A stretch of 64,000 bases of DNA from an uncultured Gemmatimonadales bacterium (GCA_963702945.1 OY969773.1:591073-655072); one strand, 5' to 3'; shown: positions 1 to 11,574, counted from the first letter of the stretch. Notes: generated from the sequence alone by a model not told the origin. Made by a program: numbers and translations.

Positions 1-420
1 GACGCGATCCTCGTCCTGTACGGGAATGTGGCATCCGGACTCGAAGTGCATCCGGCCCGGATCCGGCGTCGCGTGATGGACGAACTGCCCTTCATGGCGA
101 CCGAGGAGATCCTCGTCCACGCGGTCCGTGCCGGCGGTGATCGTCAGGGCGTGCACGAGGTCATCCGCCGGCACAGCGTCGATGCGTCGCGTGCGCTGAA
201 GGACGGCGAGACCGAGCGCAACGACATGCTCGATCGGCTCGCGGCGGACCCCGAGTTCGGCGCGCTCGGGCTGTCCCTGGATGCGATGCGCGCAGCGGTC
301 GACCCACAACGTTTTGTCGGGCGTGCGCCGCAACAGGTCGATGAATTCCTCGCCGAAGTCGTCGAGCCGTTACTCGCGCGGAACGACCAGACGCACGCGA
401 TCGACGAGGTCCGCGTATGA
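1..420 (+). CDS. purB: Adenylosuccinate lyase, C-terminal part (5' truncated by window)
   Basis: Frame open from base 1; [11 protein letters not shown]...GGDRQ..HEVIR...FVGRAPQQV is the PurB C-terminus; ATGA overlap with purC. Confidence 0.92.
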   Translation, partial: DAILVLYGNVASGLEVHPARIRRRVMDELPFMATEEILVHAVRAGGDRQGVHEVIRRHSVDASRALKDGETERNDMLDRLAADPEFGALGLSLDAMRAAVDPQRFVGRAPQQVDEFLAEVVEPLLARNDQTHAIDEVRV

Positions 421-1400
421 GCAACGTGACGGCGCTCCAGGCCAGCAATCTGCCGTTGCCGGTTCTCCGGCGCGGCAAGGTCCGCGAGGTTTACGATGCG
501 GGCGAGGGCCGCGTGCTCCTCGTCGCCTCGGATCGCGTGAGCGCGTTCGACGTGGTGCTGCCTAACGCCATCCCATTCAAGGGCGCCGTGCTGACGCAGC
601 TGACCGCATGGTGGCTCCGCGCGATCGAGGCGGCGGGTGTCGTGTCGCACCACATGCTGACCGCCGACGCCGACGCGATCGTTGCTGCGGTTCCCGCACT
701 CGCCGGGCGCGAGCACGATCTTCGTGGGCGCGCGATGCTCTGTCGCGGGGCGGACGTCTTCCCGGTCGAATGTGTCGTCCGCGGTTACCTCGCCGGCTCG
801 GCGTGGAAGGAATACTCGCGGTCCGGAACGCTCGCGGGCGAGCCGCTCGCGCCCGGACTGCGCGAGAGCGATCGTCTGGAGTCGGCGCTTTTCTCGCCGG
901 CAACCAAGGCGGAATCGGGACACGACGAGAACATCACGCCAACCGTCGTCGCACAGCGACTCGGTGCGGATGTCGCGACAGCGCTCGAACGCGCCAGCCG
1001 CGCCATCTACGCGTTCGGAAGCGAGCACGCGCGAGCGTGCGGCCTCGTCATCGCTGACACCAAGTTCGAGTTCGGACGCGTCGGCAGCGACATGGTGTTG
1101 GTCGACGAGGTGCTCACACCCGACAGCTCGCGCTTCTGGCCCGCTGACGCCGTCGTGCCTGGGAGCGCTCCGCCGAGTTTCGACAAGCAACCGCTCCGCG
1201 ACTGGCTGGCCGCCGAACGCGCCGCGGGTCGGTGGAACGGCGACGCGCCGGGACCCGAACTCCCGCGGGAGGTCGTCCAGGCGACCAGCGCGCGCTATCT
1301 TGAAGCCTTCCGCCGAATCACGGGCGATGCGCTCGAGCTCGCGGCACCCGCGCGGGCGCATCTCCCGGCCGTTCCTCCCTCGCACCCCGCTGCCCCGTGA
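417..1400 (+). CDS. purC: SAICAR synthetase
   Basis: [53 protein letters not shown] motifs. Confidence 0.97.
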   Translation: MSNVTALQASNLPLPVLRRGKVREVYDAGEGRVLLVASDRVSAFDVVLPNAIPFKGAVLTQLTAWWLRAIEAAGVVSHHMLTADADAIVAAVPALAGREHDLRGRAMLCRGADVFPVECVVRGYLAGSAWKEYSRSGTLAGEPLAPGLRESDRLESALFSPATKAESGHDENITPTVVAQRLGADVATALERASRAIYAFGSEHARACGLVIADTKFEFGRVGSDMVLVDEVLTPDSSRFWPADAVVPGSAPPSFDKQPLRDWLAAERAAGRWNGDAPGPELPREVVQATSARYLEAFRRITGDALELAAPARAHLPAVPPSHPAAP

Positions 1401-2062
1401 AGTTTGCCCGCGAGGGACGCCCCTTCATCATCATCAGCGCGTTCATCGCGATGGGGCTCGTTCTGTGGGCCGCGGGCGCGGGCGGGCTCGGGTTCGGTGG
1501 ACCGGGGCGTTGGGCGATCGCATTGCTCGCCGTCGTCGTTGCAGGCTGGGTCGCGTACTTCTTTCGCGATCCCGAGCGCGCCGGCGACCGTGGCGAGCGA
1601 CTGATCGTTGCCCCGGCAGACGGCAAGGTCGTGCTCATCACCGACGTGGACGAACCGTCGTTCATCGGCGGCCGCGCGCGGCGGGTCTCGATCTTCATGA
1701 ACGTGTTCTCCGTGCACGTGAACCGCTATCCGGTCAGCGGCACCGTGCGGCACGTGCGTTACGCGAAGGGCAAGTTCCGGAATGCGGGTACGCCGGAGTC
1801 GAGCGCCGAGAACGAGCAGATGTCGGTCGGTATCGATGCGCCGGGCGGCCGCGTGCTCGTGCGGCAGATCGCGGGGCTGATCGCGCGTCGCATCATCACC
1901 TACAGTCGCGACGGTGAGCTCGTGCATCAGGGCGAGCGGATGGGGCTCATTCGCTTCGGCTCACGCGTCGACGTGTTCGTGCCGCCCGACGCGATCCTGC
2001 GCGTCGCACTCGGTCAGCAAACGGCCGCCGGCTCGACGGTGATCGCCGAGTTGGCGACCTGA
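1397..2062 (+). CDS. psd: Phosphatidylserine decarboxylase (PSD-A type)
   Basis: [45 protein letters not shown] self-cleavage motif. Confidence 0.95.
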   Translation: MKFAREGRPFIIISAFIAMGLVLWAAGAGGLGFGGPGRWAIALLAVVVAGWVAYFFRDPERAGDRGERLIVAPADGKVVLITDVDEPSFIGGRARRVSIFMNVFSVHVNRYPVSGTVRHVRYAKGKFRNAGTPESSAENEQMSVGIDAPGGRVLVRQIAGLIARRIITYSRDGELVHQGERMGLIRFGSRVDVFVPPDAILRVALGQQTAAGSTVIAELAT

Positions 2063-2085
2063 CGCAGCGCGCAGCCCCGGCCCCC

Positions 2086-3039
2086 ATGCGTGAACCGGCG
2101 CTTGGCATCGACCTCGCCGACGAGCACCGTCCGGTGCCGACCGCGCGCCGTCGTCGACTCCGGCGCGCGGCTCCCGCGCTCCCGAACGGGCTGACACTCG
2201 GGAATCTGCTCTTCGGCATCTTCTCGATCATCGCCGCGGCCAACCACGAGTTCTCGAACGCGGTGCTCTTCATCGTGCTCGGTGGCGTGTGCGACGCCTT
2301 CGACGGAGCGGTCGCGCGCGCGACGCGCACGGGCGGCCGATTCGGCGAGGAACTCGATTCACTCGTCGACGCGGTCTCGTTCGGGCTCGCGCCGGCGCTG
2401 ATCGTGTACTTCAGCGCGTTGCCAAAAGACGGGTGGGCGCGGTTCCCGGTCTTCATCTTCACCGCGTGCGCCGTCATCCGCCTCGCGCGCTTCAATGTGA
2501 CGCAGGCCGGCGCCAAGAAGACCTACTTCATCGGCCTGCCCAGCCCCGCGGCCGGCGGCACGCTCGCGACATACTACTGGTTCACGCAGACGCCGCTCTA
2601 TCAGGAAACGCGCATCGTCACGCTGCCGTGGCCGGAGATCATGCCGCTCTTGATGTTGCTCCTCGCGGCGATGATGATCAGCAACGTTCCGTACCCGACG
2701 TGGCCGCGCCCCGGTTTCAAGTCGGTGCGGCAGATCGGCGCGCTGCTCTTGATGGTCGGGATTTTCGTCGGGGCGGTCGGCTTTCCGCGCTACTTCTTCT
2801 TCCTGTTCGGCATCGCTTACCTCGGGTTCGGACTCGGCCGCGCGTTGCTGCTCGGCATCTTCGAGATTCCGAGCGGCGGGAATGGCTCGCCGCGACGGCG
2901 CGCCGACGACTACGTCGACCCGCTCGAGGCATACGGCACGCCGCCGCTCGACGACGGCGCGCGGCGCCGCCGCTTCGGTCGCCCACGCGCGCGCGACGAC
3001 GGCGACGCCCGTCTGCCCGCGCCATCGGTCAAACAATGA
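2086..3039 (+). CDS. pssA: CDP-diacylglycerol--serine O-phosphatidyltransferase
   Basis: PNGLTLGNL, DAFDGAVAR...FGEELDSLVDAVSFGLAP CDP-alcohol motif, RLARFN, FIGLPSPAA; next to psd. Confidence 0.93.
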   Translation: MREPALGIDLADEHRPVPTARRRRLRRAAPALPNGLTLGNLLFGIFSIIAAANHEFSNAVLFIVLGGVCDAFDGAVARATRTGGRFGEELDSLVDAVSFGLAPALIVYFSALPKDGWARFPVFIFTACAVIRLARFNVTQAGAKKTYFIGLPSPAAGGTLATYYWFTQTPLYQETRIVTLPWPEIMPLLMLLLAAMMISNVPYPTWPRPGFKSVRQIGALLLMVGIFVGAVGFPRYFFFLFGIAYLGFGLGRALLLGIFEIPSGGNGSPRRRADDYVDPLEAYGTPPLDDGARRRRFGRPRARDDGDARLPAPSVKQ

Positions 3040-3326
3040 GCTCTTCCGTGCAGAACTTCCGCATCGACATCCGTGTGGTTCCCCGGCGTGGGCTGCTCGA
3101 CCCGCAGGGTAAGGCCGTCGCCGACGCGCTGCATGCGCTCGGCTTCAGCGAGGTCGACGACGTTCGCGTGGGTCGTCACGTCGTCCTCGACGTGCGCGCG
3201 GTCGACGCCGATGCCGCACGCGCGCAGGCGGAATCGGCCTGCGCCCGGCTCCTCGCCAATCCCGTGACCGAGGACTTCGTGGTCGAACAGGTTGCTGAAC
3301 GCGCCGCCGCCGGCGCGGCTGCCTAA
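3036..3326 (+). CDS. purS: FGAM synthase subunit PurS
   Basis: ATG at 3036 overlaps pssA stop; LLDPQGKAV...VRVGR...LLANPVTEDF. Confidence 0.95.
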   Translation: MSSSVQNFRIDIRVVPRRGLLDPQGKAVADALHALGFSEVDDVRVGRHVVLDVRAVDADAARAQAESACARLLANPVTEDFVVEQVAERAAAGAAA

Positions 3327-3335
3327 CGGTCGCCC

Positions 3336-4028
3336 ATGCGCGTCGGCATCGTCACCTTCCCCGGCTCCAACTGCGACTACGACGCCTACCATGCCGTCGT
3401 CGACCAGCTCGGCGAACGCGCGGAGTACATCTGGCACAAGGAGTCGAACCTCGGCGGCGTCGACGTCGTCGTGCTGCCGGGCGGCTTCAGCTACGGCGAC
3501 TATCTGCGCTGCGGTGCGATCGCGCGGTTCAGCCCCGTGATGACCGCCGTGGCGGCACACGCCGCGCGCGGCGCGCCCGTCCTCGCCATCTGCAATGGGT
3601 TCCAGATCGCGTGCGAGGCAGGCCTCCTTCCAGGCGCGCTGCTACGGAATGCCTCGCTCAAGTACGTGTGCGAGTGGCGGACACTTCGCGTCGAGAACAC
3701 CGACTCGCCGTTCACCGCGCGGTATACCGTCGGTGACCTGGTTCGTGTACCGATCGCGCACGGCGAGGGGCGCTACGTTGCCGACGCCGAAACCCTGGCA
3801 CGACTCGAAGGCGAGGGCCGCGTGACGTTCCGATATGTCGACGAGCGCGGCGCGCCCGGCGACGAAGGCAACCCAAATGGGTCGATGCACCACATCGCGG
3901 GGATCGTCTCCGATCGCCGCAATGTGCTGGGCATGATGCCCCACCCCGAACGTGCGGTCGATGCGCTCGTCGGAGGTGACGACGGACTTCGCGTGTTCGA
4001 GTCAATGCTCGCCGCGGTTGCCGCCTAA
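3336..4028 (+). CDS. purQ: FGAM synthase glutaminase subunit
   Basis: [38 protein letters not shown]. Confidence 0.97.
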   Translation: MRVGIVTFPGSNCDYDAYHAVVDQLGERAEYIWHKESNLGGVDVVVLPGGFSYGDYLRCGAIARFSPVMTAVAAHAARGAPVLAICNGFQIACEAGLLPGALLRNASLKYVCEWRTLRVENTDSPFTARYTVGDLVRVPIAHGEGRYVADAETLARLEGEGRVTFRYVDERGAPGDEGNPNGSMHHIAGIVSDRRNVLGMMPHPERAVDALVGGDDGLRVFESMLAAVAA

Positions 4029-4077
4029 CGCGCCTCGCTGCGCGACGCCCCTCGCTGACTTCCGAATTTTCGCCGAC

Positions 4078-4380
4078 ATGTCCGACCAACTCCGACGTAA
4101 CGAAGCCACCTACTTCGCTCGCGAGAACGCCGAGCTGATTGCCAGCCGCCGCCGTGAACTCGACGCCGAGCGTGAGGCACGCGAGCGCGCATCGCACGTG
4201 ATGCGCTGCCCGCGCTGTGGCGGTCACCTCGTCCCCGAGAACCACCACGGCGTGACGATCGACGTGTGCGCCGAATGCCGGGGCACGTGGCTCGACCGCG
4301 GCGAACTCGAACTGCTCGAGCATGTCGAGGAGAGTCAGGTGCGTCGCTACATCAATACGCTCTTCGGGCTGCCCCGCTGA
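4078..4380 (+). CDS. Small zinc-ribbon protein (zf-TFIIB-like)
   Basis: ATG at 4078; EATYFARE N-terminus, [10 protein letters not shown]...[18 protein letters not shown]. Confidence 0.85.
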   Translation: MSDQLRRNEATYFARENAELIASRRRELDAEREARERASHVMRCPRCGGHLVPENHHGVTIDVCAECRGTWLDRGELELLEHVEESQVRRYINTLFGLPR

Positions 4381-4418
4381 GCGACCATCCGCGTAGCGAA
4401 CCGAGCGCCACGACCACG

Positions 4419-6707
4419 ATGCCGAGCCCCGTTCTCCCGCGCCCGGGCGACCCCGAGATCACGCCGGCGCTCGTCGCGGAACACGGGATCACGCCCTTCG
4501 AGTACGAGCGGCTGCTCGCGATGTTGGGGCGTACACCGACGCACACGGAGCTCGGCGTCGTCAGCGCGCTCTGGAGCGAGCACTGTTCGTACAAGCACTC
4601 GCGTCCACTGCTTCGCACGCTCCCGACGCAGGCGCCCTGGGTCTTGCAGGGACCGGGCGAAAATGCGGGCGTGATCGCCGTCGGCGACGGACTCGCGATC
4701 GCGTTCAAGATCGAATCGCACAATCACCCGTCCGCGGTCGAGCCGTATCAGGGCGCTGCGACGGGCGTCGGCGGCATCCTGCGCGACGTGTTCACGATGG
4801 GCGCACGCCCGATCGCGATGCTCAATTCGCTCCGCTTCGGCTCGCTCGACTCGGCCCGCGTGCGGCACCTCTTCGCCGGCGTCGTGAAGGGCGTCGGCGA
4901 CTACGGGAATTGTGTCGGAGTACCGACTGTTGCGGGCGAGGTTGCGTTCGATCCGGCGTACGAAGGGAACCCGCTCGTCAACGCGATGTGCGTCGGCGTG
5001 CTGCGCGAGGACGAGTTGATCCGCGCCGTCGCGCAGGGCGTGGGGAACCCCATCCTTGCGGTCGGTGCGCGCACGGGCCGCGATGGAATCCACGGTGCGT
5101 CGTTCGCCTCCGAAGACCTCTCGGCGGCAACCGAGGCGAAACGCCCCCGCGTGCAGGTCGGTGACCCGTTCACCGAGAAGTTGCTGCTCGAAGCGTCGCT
5201 CGAACTCATCGCCTCGGGCGACATCGTCGCGATTCAGGACATGGGCGCGGCTGGCCTCACGTCGTCGAGCGCGGAGATGGCGGAGCGCGGCGACGTCGGC
5301 GTCGTGATCGACGTGTCGAAAGTCCCCGTCCGCGAGCAGGGCATGACCCCGTACGAAATCCTGCTGAGCGAATCGCAGGAGCGCATGCTCGTCGTCGCGA
5401 AGCGCGGGCGCGAGGACGCCGTGCGCGCCGTGCTGGAGAAGTGGGATCTGACCGCGGCCGTGATCGGCGAGGTGATCGCGGAGCCTGTGTACCGCGTGAC
5501 CGAGGGCGAGCGTGTCGTCGCCGAGTTTCCGGGCACGCGGCTCGTCACGGATTGCCCGATGTACACGCCCGAAGCGCAGGAATCCGAGGTCGTCCGCGCG
5601 CTCCGCGCCGAGGACGTGTCGACGACGCCGGAACGCGCCGAGGAGGTCGATCCGCTCTGGGCGTTAGGCCAGCTGCTCGCCAGCCCAACGATCGCGAGCA
5701 AGCGCTGGGTGTACCGGCAGTACGACACGATGGTGCGCACCAACACCGTCATCGGACCTGGCGGTGACGCGGCCGTCGTTCGGCTGCGCGGAACGGATCG
5801 CGCGGTCGCCGTGAAGACCGATTGCAACGGGCGGCATTGCTACCTCGACCCGCGCGAGGGTGCGAAGGCGGCGGTGGCCGAGGCGGCGCGAAATGTGGCG
5901 TGTACGGGCGCGCGGCCGCTCGCGATCACGAACAATCTCAACTTCGGCAATCCGACGCGGCCCGACGTCTACCATCAGCTGCGCGAGGCGATCGGCGGCA
6001 TGGGCGAGGCGTGCCGAGTCTTAGGCACGCCGGTCACCGGCGGAAACGTCTCGCTCTACAACGAGAACCCGAGCGGTGCCATCTACCCGACCCCGGTTGT
6101 CGGGATGGTCGGCTTGATCGACTCGCTCGCCCACGTGACGCGTGCCACCTTTCGCCCGCCCGCGCCCGGCGCCGCGGGCGACGCCATCGTCCTGCTTGGC
6201 GAGAATACGAGCGAACTCGGTGGGAGCGAGTACCTCGCCCGCGTGCACGGGCGCGTCGCGGGCGCGCCGCCGCGGGTCGATCTCGACGGCGAGCGCCGGC
6301 TCATTGATGCGCTGCTTGCGGCGATCCGCTCGGGCCACGTGCGATCGGCCCACGACACGAGCGATGGCGGCCTTGCGGTCGCCCTCGCCGAATGCGCGAT
6401 GGCAGAGCCCGGTACGCGGACGGGCGTGGACCTCGACCTCACCGCGTGGGCCGGTTTGCCGCTGCGCGCGCTGCTCTACGCGGAATCGACCGGCCGCGTG
6501 ATCGTCTCGACCGACGCGCCCGACGCGGTGCTCGCGCACGCGGCTACGAATCACGTTCCCGCGGCGGTGATCGGGCGCGTTACCGTCGAAACAACCGGGT
6601 TTTCGGTGCGCGTCGGGTCTTCGACGTGGTCGGCGGCGATCGACGCGCTCGCGCGCGGGTATCACGAGACAATTCCGGCCGCGATGTCCGCGGCCGCGTC
6701 GGCCTAA
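4419..6707 (+). CDS. purL: FGAM synthase subunit PurL
   Basis: [52 protein letters not shown]; ATG at 4419 chosen to avoid overlap. Confidence 0.97.
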   Translation: MPSPVLPRPGDPEITPALVAEHGITPFEYERLLAMLGRTPTHTELGVVSALWSEHCSYKHSRPLLRTLPTQAPWVLQGPGENAGVIAVGDGLAIAFKIESHNHPSAVEPYQGAATGVGGILRDVFTMGARPIAMLNSLRFGSLDSARVRHLFAGVVKGVGDYGNCVGVPTVAGEVAFDPAYEGNPLVNAMCVGVLREDELIRAVAQGVGNPILAVGARTGRDGIHGASFASEDLSAATEAKRPRVQVGDPFTEKLLLEASLELIASGDIVAIQDMGAAGLTSSSAEMAERGDVGVVIDVSKVPVREQGMTPYEILLSESQERMLVVAKRGREDAVRAVLEKWDLTAAVIGEVIAEPVYRVTEGERVVAEFPGTRLVTDCPMYTPEAQESEVVRALRAEDVSTTPERAEEVDPLWALGQLLASPTIASKRWVYRQYDTMVRTNTVIGPGGDAAVVRLRGTDRAVAVKTDCNGRHCYLDPREGAKAAVAEAARNVACTGARPLAITNNLNFGNPTRPDVYHQLREAIGGMGEACRVLGTPVTGGNVSLYNENPSGAIYPTPVVGMVGLIDSLAHVTRATFRPPAPGAAGDAIVLLGENTSELGGSEYLARVHGRVAGAPPRVDLDGERRLIDALLAAIRSGHVRSAHDTSDGGLAVALAECAMAEPGTRTGVDLDLTAWAGLPLRALLYAESTGRVIVSTDAPDAVLAHAATNHVPAAVIGRVTVETTGFSVRVGSSTWSAAIDALARGYHETIPAAMSAAASA

Positions 6708-6755
6708 GGCTCGTCCGGGCCTAGATTTTTCCCGAGCTATCGCGAGCTGCCCCGC

Positions 6756-8141
6756 ATGTGCGGAATATTTGGTGTCTTCGGCCGCTCTGATGCGGCGCAC
6801 CTCGTCCAGCGCGGGCTCTACGCGCTCCAGCACCGCGGACAGGAGTCGGCGGGGATCGCGGCCGCGACCGAGGCCGGGACCGCGCACGCGGTGAAGCGGA
6901 TGGGCCTCGTCGGTGAAGGCCTCCGCCCGGACGAGCTGAACGCGCTCGCCGGACCTGTGTCGATCGGCCACACCCGGTACAGCACCGCCGGGTCGTCGAC
7001 GCTCGAGAACGCACAGCCGGTGCTCGCACGCTCGCGCGGCGGCCACATCGCCCTCGCGCACAACGGCAACCTGACCAACGCGGCCGAGTTGCGCTTCGAG
7101 CTGGAGGAGCAGGGCGCGATCTTCCAGTCGACGATGGACTCGGAAGTCGTCGTCCACCGGATCGCGCGCGCCTCGCCCGACGACGCCCCCGAGCATCGTG
7201 TCGCGGCCGCGCTCGAAGGCGTCGAGGGTGCATACTGCCTGCTCATTGTCATCGGCGAGACGCTCGTTGCCGCGCGCGATCCACGCGGATGGCGTCCGTT
7301 AGTCATGGGCAAGCTCGGGGACGCGACGGTGTTCGCCTCCGAGACATGCGCGCTCGACATCGTCGGCGCGACGCTCGTGCGTGAGATCGAGGCGGGCGAG
7401 GTCGTCGCGATCGACGCGGCCGGCGAACGTTCGAGCTTCCCGCTCCCGCGGCAGGAGTTGCGGCGCTGCGTCTTCGAGCACGTCTACTTCGCGCGCCCGG
7501 ACAGCCGCATCTTCGGCGGATCGGTCGATCGCGCGCGGCGCGCCCTCGGACGTCGACTCGCGCGCGAGGCGCCCGCGCCCACGGCGGACCTCGTGTTCTC
7601 GGTACCCGACTCGTCCAATTCAGCCGCGCTCGGCTATGCCGAAGAGGCCCGGCTGCCGTATGAATTGGCGTTGATCCGCAATCACTACGTCGGGCGGACG
7701 TTCATTCAGCCGTCGCAGGACGACCGCGACCTCAAGGTGCGCGTCAAATACAACGCCGTACGTGAGGTGCTCGAGGGGCGTTCGGTCGTGATGGTCGACG
7801 ATTCCATCGTGCGTGGGACGACGACGCGGGGATTGATCGCGCTCGTCCGCGGAGCCGGTGCCCGCGAGGTCCACATGCGCGTCAGCTCTGCTCCAGTCAC
7901 GGGACCCTGCTACTACGGGATCGATACGCCCAACCGCGACGAACTGATCGCCGCGCAGATGGATCTCGACGACATCGCGGCGGCCATCGGGGCGGATTCC
8001 CTCGGCTACCTTCCCATCAACGCGATGCTCGAATCGGTCCCGTCGGGTCCAACGGGCTTTTGCGACGCATGCTTCTCGGGCGACTATCCTACGCCGCCTC
8101 CCACCGACCCCGTCAAGTTGCGCGAAGGCTGCGGCTGTTAG
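6756..8141 (+). CDS. purF: Amidophosphoribosyltransferase
   Basis: MCGIFG N-terminal Cys, QHRGQESAG, HTRYSTAG, VDDSIVRGTT. Confidence 0.97.
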   Translation: MCGIFGVFGRSDAAHLVQRGLYALQHRGQESAGIAAATEAGTAHAVKRMGLVGEGLRPDELNALAGPVSIGHTRYSTAGSSTLENAQPVLARSRGGHIALAHNGNLTNAAELRFELEEQGAIFQSTMDSEVVVHRIARASPDDAPEHRVAAALEGVEGAYCLLIVIGETLVAARDPRGWRPLVMGKLGDATVFASETCALDIVGATLVREIEAGEVVAIDAAGERSSFPLPRQELRRCVFEHVYFARPDSRIFGGSVDRARRALGRRLAREAPAPTADLVFSVPDSSNSAALGYAEEARLPYELALIRNHYVGRTFIQPSQDDRDLKVRVKYNAVREVLEGRSVVMVDDSIVRGTTTRGLIALVRGAGAREVHMRVSSAPVTGPCYYGIDTPNRDELIAAQMDLDDIAAAIGADSLGYLPINAMLESVPSGPTGFCDACFSGDYPTPPPTDPVKLREGCGC

Positions 8142-8197
8142 GCGTGACACACGTCTGACGCGCGGCGCGGTCGCAACCGGGCGAGCGAACGCCTTCC

Positions 8198-11161
8198 ATG
8201 ACGCCGACCGCCGCGACCGCGCTGCCCCCGATCCTCTCTGCTGACCCGTTGAGCGAGTCGGCGCCGCAGCGCACGCCGGCGCCGACCGAGGTCGAAGACA
8301 CCGCGGCCGCCGACGTCGGCGACAACGCGGCCAACGAGGCTGCCGATGCGCTGATCGATGCGGCCGAGTTGGACCCGGTGCGACCGGGCGAGCCCTCCGA
8401 TTCGCACGCGGATGAGACGGCGCCGCCGTCGCAACGTGCGCACGACGTCACGTCGCGCTTCGTCTATCGCTTCGGTCCGGGCGGGGCCGACGGGACCCGC
8501 GACATGCGCGCGGTACTCGGCGGGAAGGGCGCGAACCTCGCCGAGATGGTGAACCTCGGCGTGCCCGTTCCGCCCGGGTTTACGATCGCCTGCCGCGCCT
8601 GCGGCGCATACCTCGCGAGCGGCGAGATTCCCGCGGCCTTACGCGACGAGGTCACGCACCATCTCCGGCAGCTGGAGCTCGATACGGGCAAGCGGTTCGG
8701 GGATCCCGCGAACCCACTGCTCGTCAGCGTCCGTTCCGGCGCACCCGTGTCGATGCCGGGGATGATGGAGACGATTCTCAACCTCGGGCTGAACGACGAC
8801 GCGGTCGAGGGACTCGCGGTGCTGAGCGCGAATCCGCGATTTGCCTTCGACTCATACCGCCGCTTCATCCAGATGTACGCCGACGTCGTGCTCGGCGTCC
8901 CCCTGCCCCGTTTCGAGCAACAGCTCGCGGCCAAGCGTACCGCGGCGGGTGTGGAGACTGACGCCGAGCTGTCCGCAGACGCGCTCCGGGCACTCGTCAG
9001 CGAGTACAAGGCGCTGGTCCGCACGGCGACCGGTGCCGAATTCCCGACCGATCCCGAGCGTCAGCTGTGGGGCGCCATCGAAGCCGTGTGGCGGTCCTGG
9101 ACGCTCAAGAAGGCGATCGATTACCGGCGCATCAACGCGATCGACGATTCGTTAGGCACCGCGGTGAACGTCGTCGCGATGGTGTTCGGCAACATGGGCG
9201 ACGATTCCGGAACCGGCGTCGCATTCACGCGAGATCCGTCGACTGGCGAGCGCACGTTTTATGGCGAATTCCTCATCAACGCGCAGGGTGAGGACGTCGT
9301 CGCCGGAATCCGGACGCCGCTGCGAATCGAGGAAATGGCGCGTCGGCTCCCGGCCGCGTACGACGAGCTGATCGCGACGCAGCAGCGTCTCGAGTCGCAC
9401 TTCCGCGACATGCAGGACATCGAGTTCACCGTCGAACGCGGCAAGCTGTTCCTGCTCCAGACGCGCACCGGCAAGCGAGCGGCGGCCGCCGCGGTCCGCA
9501 TCGCGGAAGACATGGTGCGCGATGGCTTGATCACGCGCGCGGAGGCGGTGACGCGTGTGCAACCGGCGCAGCTCGACCAACTCATGCACCCCGTCATCGA
9601 CGTCGGCGTGCGGGCGACGCCGATCGCAACCGGGCTTCCCGCCAGCCCGGGCGCTGCAAGCGGCGTGGCCGTGTTCGATGCGGATAGCGCCGAACGTCGG
9701 GCGCACGCCGGCGAGGCCGTCATTCTCGTGCGCGAGGAGACCACGCCCGAGGATTTCCACGGAATGGTCGCGTCGCGCGCCATTCTCACGGCGCGCGGCG
9801 GCATGACGAGCCACGCGGCGGTGGTGGCCCGCGGGATGGGCAAGTGCGCGGTCGTCGGCGCGACGCAGATGTCGGTCGATGATGATCGGCGCCGCTTCAC
9901 GGTCGGCACGACGATCGTTCATGAAGGCGACTACCTCACGCTCGACGGCGCGAGCGGGAACATCTACCTCGGCGATCTTCCGACCGTTCCGAGCGAGATC
10001 GTCCGCGTCGTGAGCGGACAGGAGCTGGCCGCGCGGGCGCCAACGTACCGCGCGTTCAGCCAGGTCCTCAGTTGGGCAGACGAGGTCCGGACTCTCCGGG
10101 TGCGCGCAAACGCCGATACGCCGAAGGACGCGCGCATCGCGAAAGCGTTCGGCGCCGAGGGGATCGGACTCTGTCGCACCGAGCACATGTTCTTCGAAGG
10201 TGACCGAATCACGGCCATGCGCGAGATGATCGTGGCGCGCGATGAGGGGGGGCGACGCCGTGCGCTCGCCAAGCTGCTCCCGATGCAGCGGATCGACTTC
10301 GAGGGAATCTTCGAGGCGATGGACGGCTACCCCGTGACCATTCGTCTGCTCGATCCACCGTTGCACGAGTTCCTGCCGCATGGCGGTGAGGAAGCCAAGC
10401 TGCTCGCGCGCACGCTCGGTATCTCCCGCGAGGAGCTCAATCGGACGGTCGACGATCTTCGCGAATCGAACCCAATGCTCGGTCACCGCGGCTGTCGCCT
10501 CGGTATCACGTACCCCGAGATCACCGAGATGCAGGCGCGCGCGATCTTCGAGGCCGCCGTGCGGGTCGCGCGTCGCGGAGTGGACGTCCGCCCAGAAATC
10601 ATGATTCCGTTGGTCGCGACGGCGCGCGAGTTCGAGCACCAGAACGCGATCGTACGGAAGGTTGCCGCCGACGTGATGGGCGCGATGGACGAGCACGTTC
10701 CCTTCCTCGTCGGGACGATGATCGAGCTGCCAAGGGCCGCTCTGACGGCGGACGAGATCGCGCGCTCCGCCGAATTCTTCTCATTCGGGACGAATGACCT
10801 GACGCAGACGGTGCTCGGCCTGTCGCGGGATGACGCTGGGCGCTTCCTGCCGCAGTACGTCGACAAGGGCATCTTCCCGGATGACCCGTTTCAGGTGCTC
10901 GACGAACCGGGCGTCGGCACGCTCATTCGGCGCGCCATCTATGATGGGCGCACGACCCGCCCTGGGCTCAAGGTCGGCGTTTGCGGTGAGCACGGCGGCG
11001 AGCCGCGATCCGTGCGGTTCTTTCATCGCAGCGGCCTCGACTACGTCTCGTGCTCGCCCTATCGCGTCCCGGTCGCGCGGCTCGCGGCGGCGCACGCCGC
11101 GCTCGCCGGCCGGGACGGCGGCGAACGGGCCGGCGCGATCAGCGCACGCCGAACCGCCTGA
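8198..11161 (+). CDS. ppdK: Pyruvate phosphate dikinase with acidic N-terminal extension (start uncertain)
   Basis: LGGKGANLAEM, SVRSGAPVSMPGMM, GGMTSHAAVVARG phospho-His, GIGLCRTEHMF, GTNDLTQ, CGEHGG. Confidence 0.96.
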   Translation: MTPTAATALPPILSADPLSESAPQRTPAPTEVEDTAAADVGDNAANEAADALIDAAELDPVRPGEPSDSHADETAPPSQRAHDVTSRFVYRFGPGGADGTRDMRAVLGGKGANLAEMVNLGVPVPPGFTIACRACGAYLASGEIPAALRDEVTHHLRQLELDTGKRFGDPANPLLVSVRSGAPVSMPGMMETILNLGLNDDAVEGLAVLSANPRFAFDSYRRFIQMYADVVLGVPLPRFEQQLAAKRTAAGVETDAELSADALRALVSEYKALVRTATGAEFPTDPERQLWGAIEAVWRSWTLKKAIDYRRINAIDDSLGTAVNVVAMVFGNMGDDSGTGVAFTRDPSTGERTFYGEFLINAQGEDVVAGIRTPLRIEEMARRLPAAYDELIATQQRLESHFRDMQDIEFTVERGKLFLLQTRTGKRAAAAAVRIAEDMVRDGLITRAEAVTRVQPAQLDQLMHPVIDVGVRATPIATGLPASPGAASGVAVFDADSAERRAHAGEAVILVREETTPEDFHGMVASRAILTARGGMTSHAAVVARGMGKCAVVGATQMSVDDDRRRFTVGTTIVHEGDYLTLDGASGNIYLGDLPTVPSEIVRVVSGQELAARAPTYRAFSQVLSWADEVRTLRVRANADTPKDARIAKAFGAEGIGLCRTEHMFFEGDRITAMREMIVARDEGGRRRALAKLLPMQRIDFEGIFEAMDGYPVTIRLLDPPLHEFLPHGGEEAKLLARTLGISREELNRTVDDLRESNPMLGHRGCRLGITYPEITEMQARAIFEAAVRVARRGVDVRPEIMIPLVATAREFEHQNAIVRKVAADVMGAMDEHVPFLVGTMIELPRAALTADEIARSAEFFSFGTNDLTQTVLGLSRDDAGRFLPQYVDKGIFPDDPFQVLDEPGVGTLIRRAIYDGRTTRPGLKVGVCGEHGGEPRSVRFFHRSGLDYVSCSPYRVPVARLAAAHAALAGRDGGERAGAISARRTA

Positions 11162-11169
11162 CGCCCGGA

Positions 11170-11215
11170 CACGACACGGGCCGGTCTGCATTGCTGCAGA
11201 CCGGCCCGTGTCGTG
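11170..11215. terminator. Perfect 21-bp inverted repeat between convergent ppdK and tmRNA
   Basis: CACGACACGGGCCGGTCTGCA-TTGC-TGCAGACCGGCCCGTGTCGTG; no U-tract. Confidence 0.7.
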
Positions 11216-11219
11216 ACAG

Positions 11220-11574
11220 TGGAGGTGAGGGGAGTCGAACCCCTGTCCGAGATTAGCTCTACCGCAGCGTCTACGTACGTATCCTGCTGATTGAGGTCTC
11301 CGAGCGCTGGCCAGCAGGCCGCCCACTCCCGGACAAGTCACCTTTGTTTCGCCCTACGGCCGGCAACACACCGCAGGACTAGCCCAGATTTTCGATACTC
11401 ACGTGCCGCCCCGGGCGGGCTGCGCCGTGAGCACTGCTACGCTAACCCCGAAGGGTTAGGCAGCGAGCGCCAGGTTGTTGTTGGCGTGTAATGTTTTGCC
11501 GAGTGTTTCACCAGGGCTCAGCACCTGAGCACGCAACCACGGCGTTACCGACCCCGTCGAAGCCAGTCACCCCC
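11220..11574 (-). ncRNA. ssrA: tmRNA; tag peptide (A)ANNNLALAA at 11485..11456
   Basis: 5' GGGGGTGACTGGCTTCGAC, 3' GGACAGGGGTTCGACTCCCCTCACCTCCA (Ala-type acceptor with G-U); tag ORF ending LALAA-TAA followed by a hairpin; CCA not fully encoded. Confidence 0.96.

Noticed and set aside
11161-11230. Integrated element at the tmRNA 3' end
   Set aside because: No att duplication or integrase; tmRNA abuts the hairpin and ppdK
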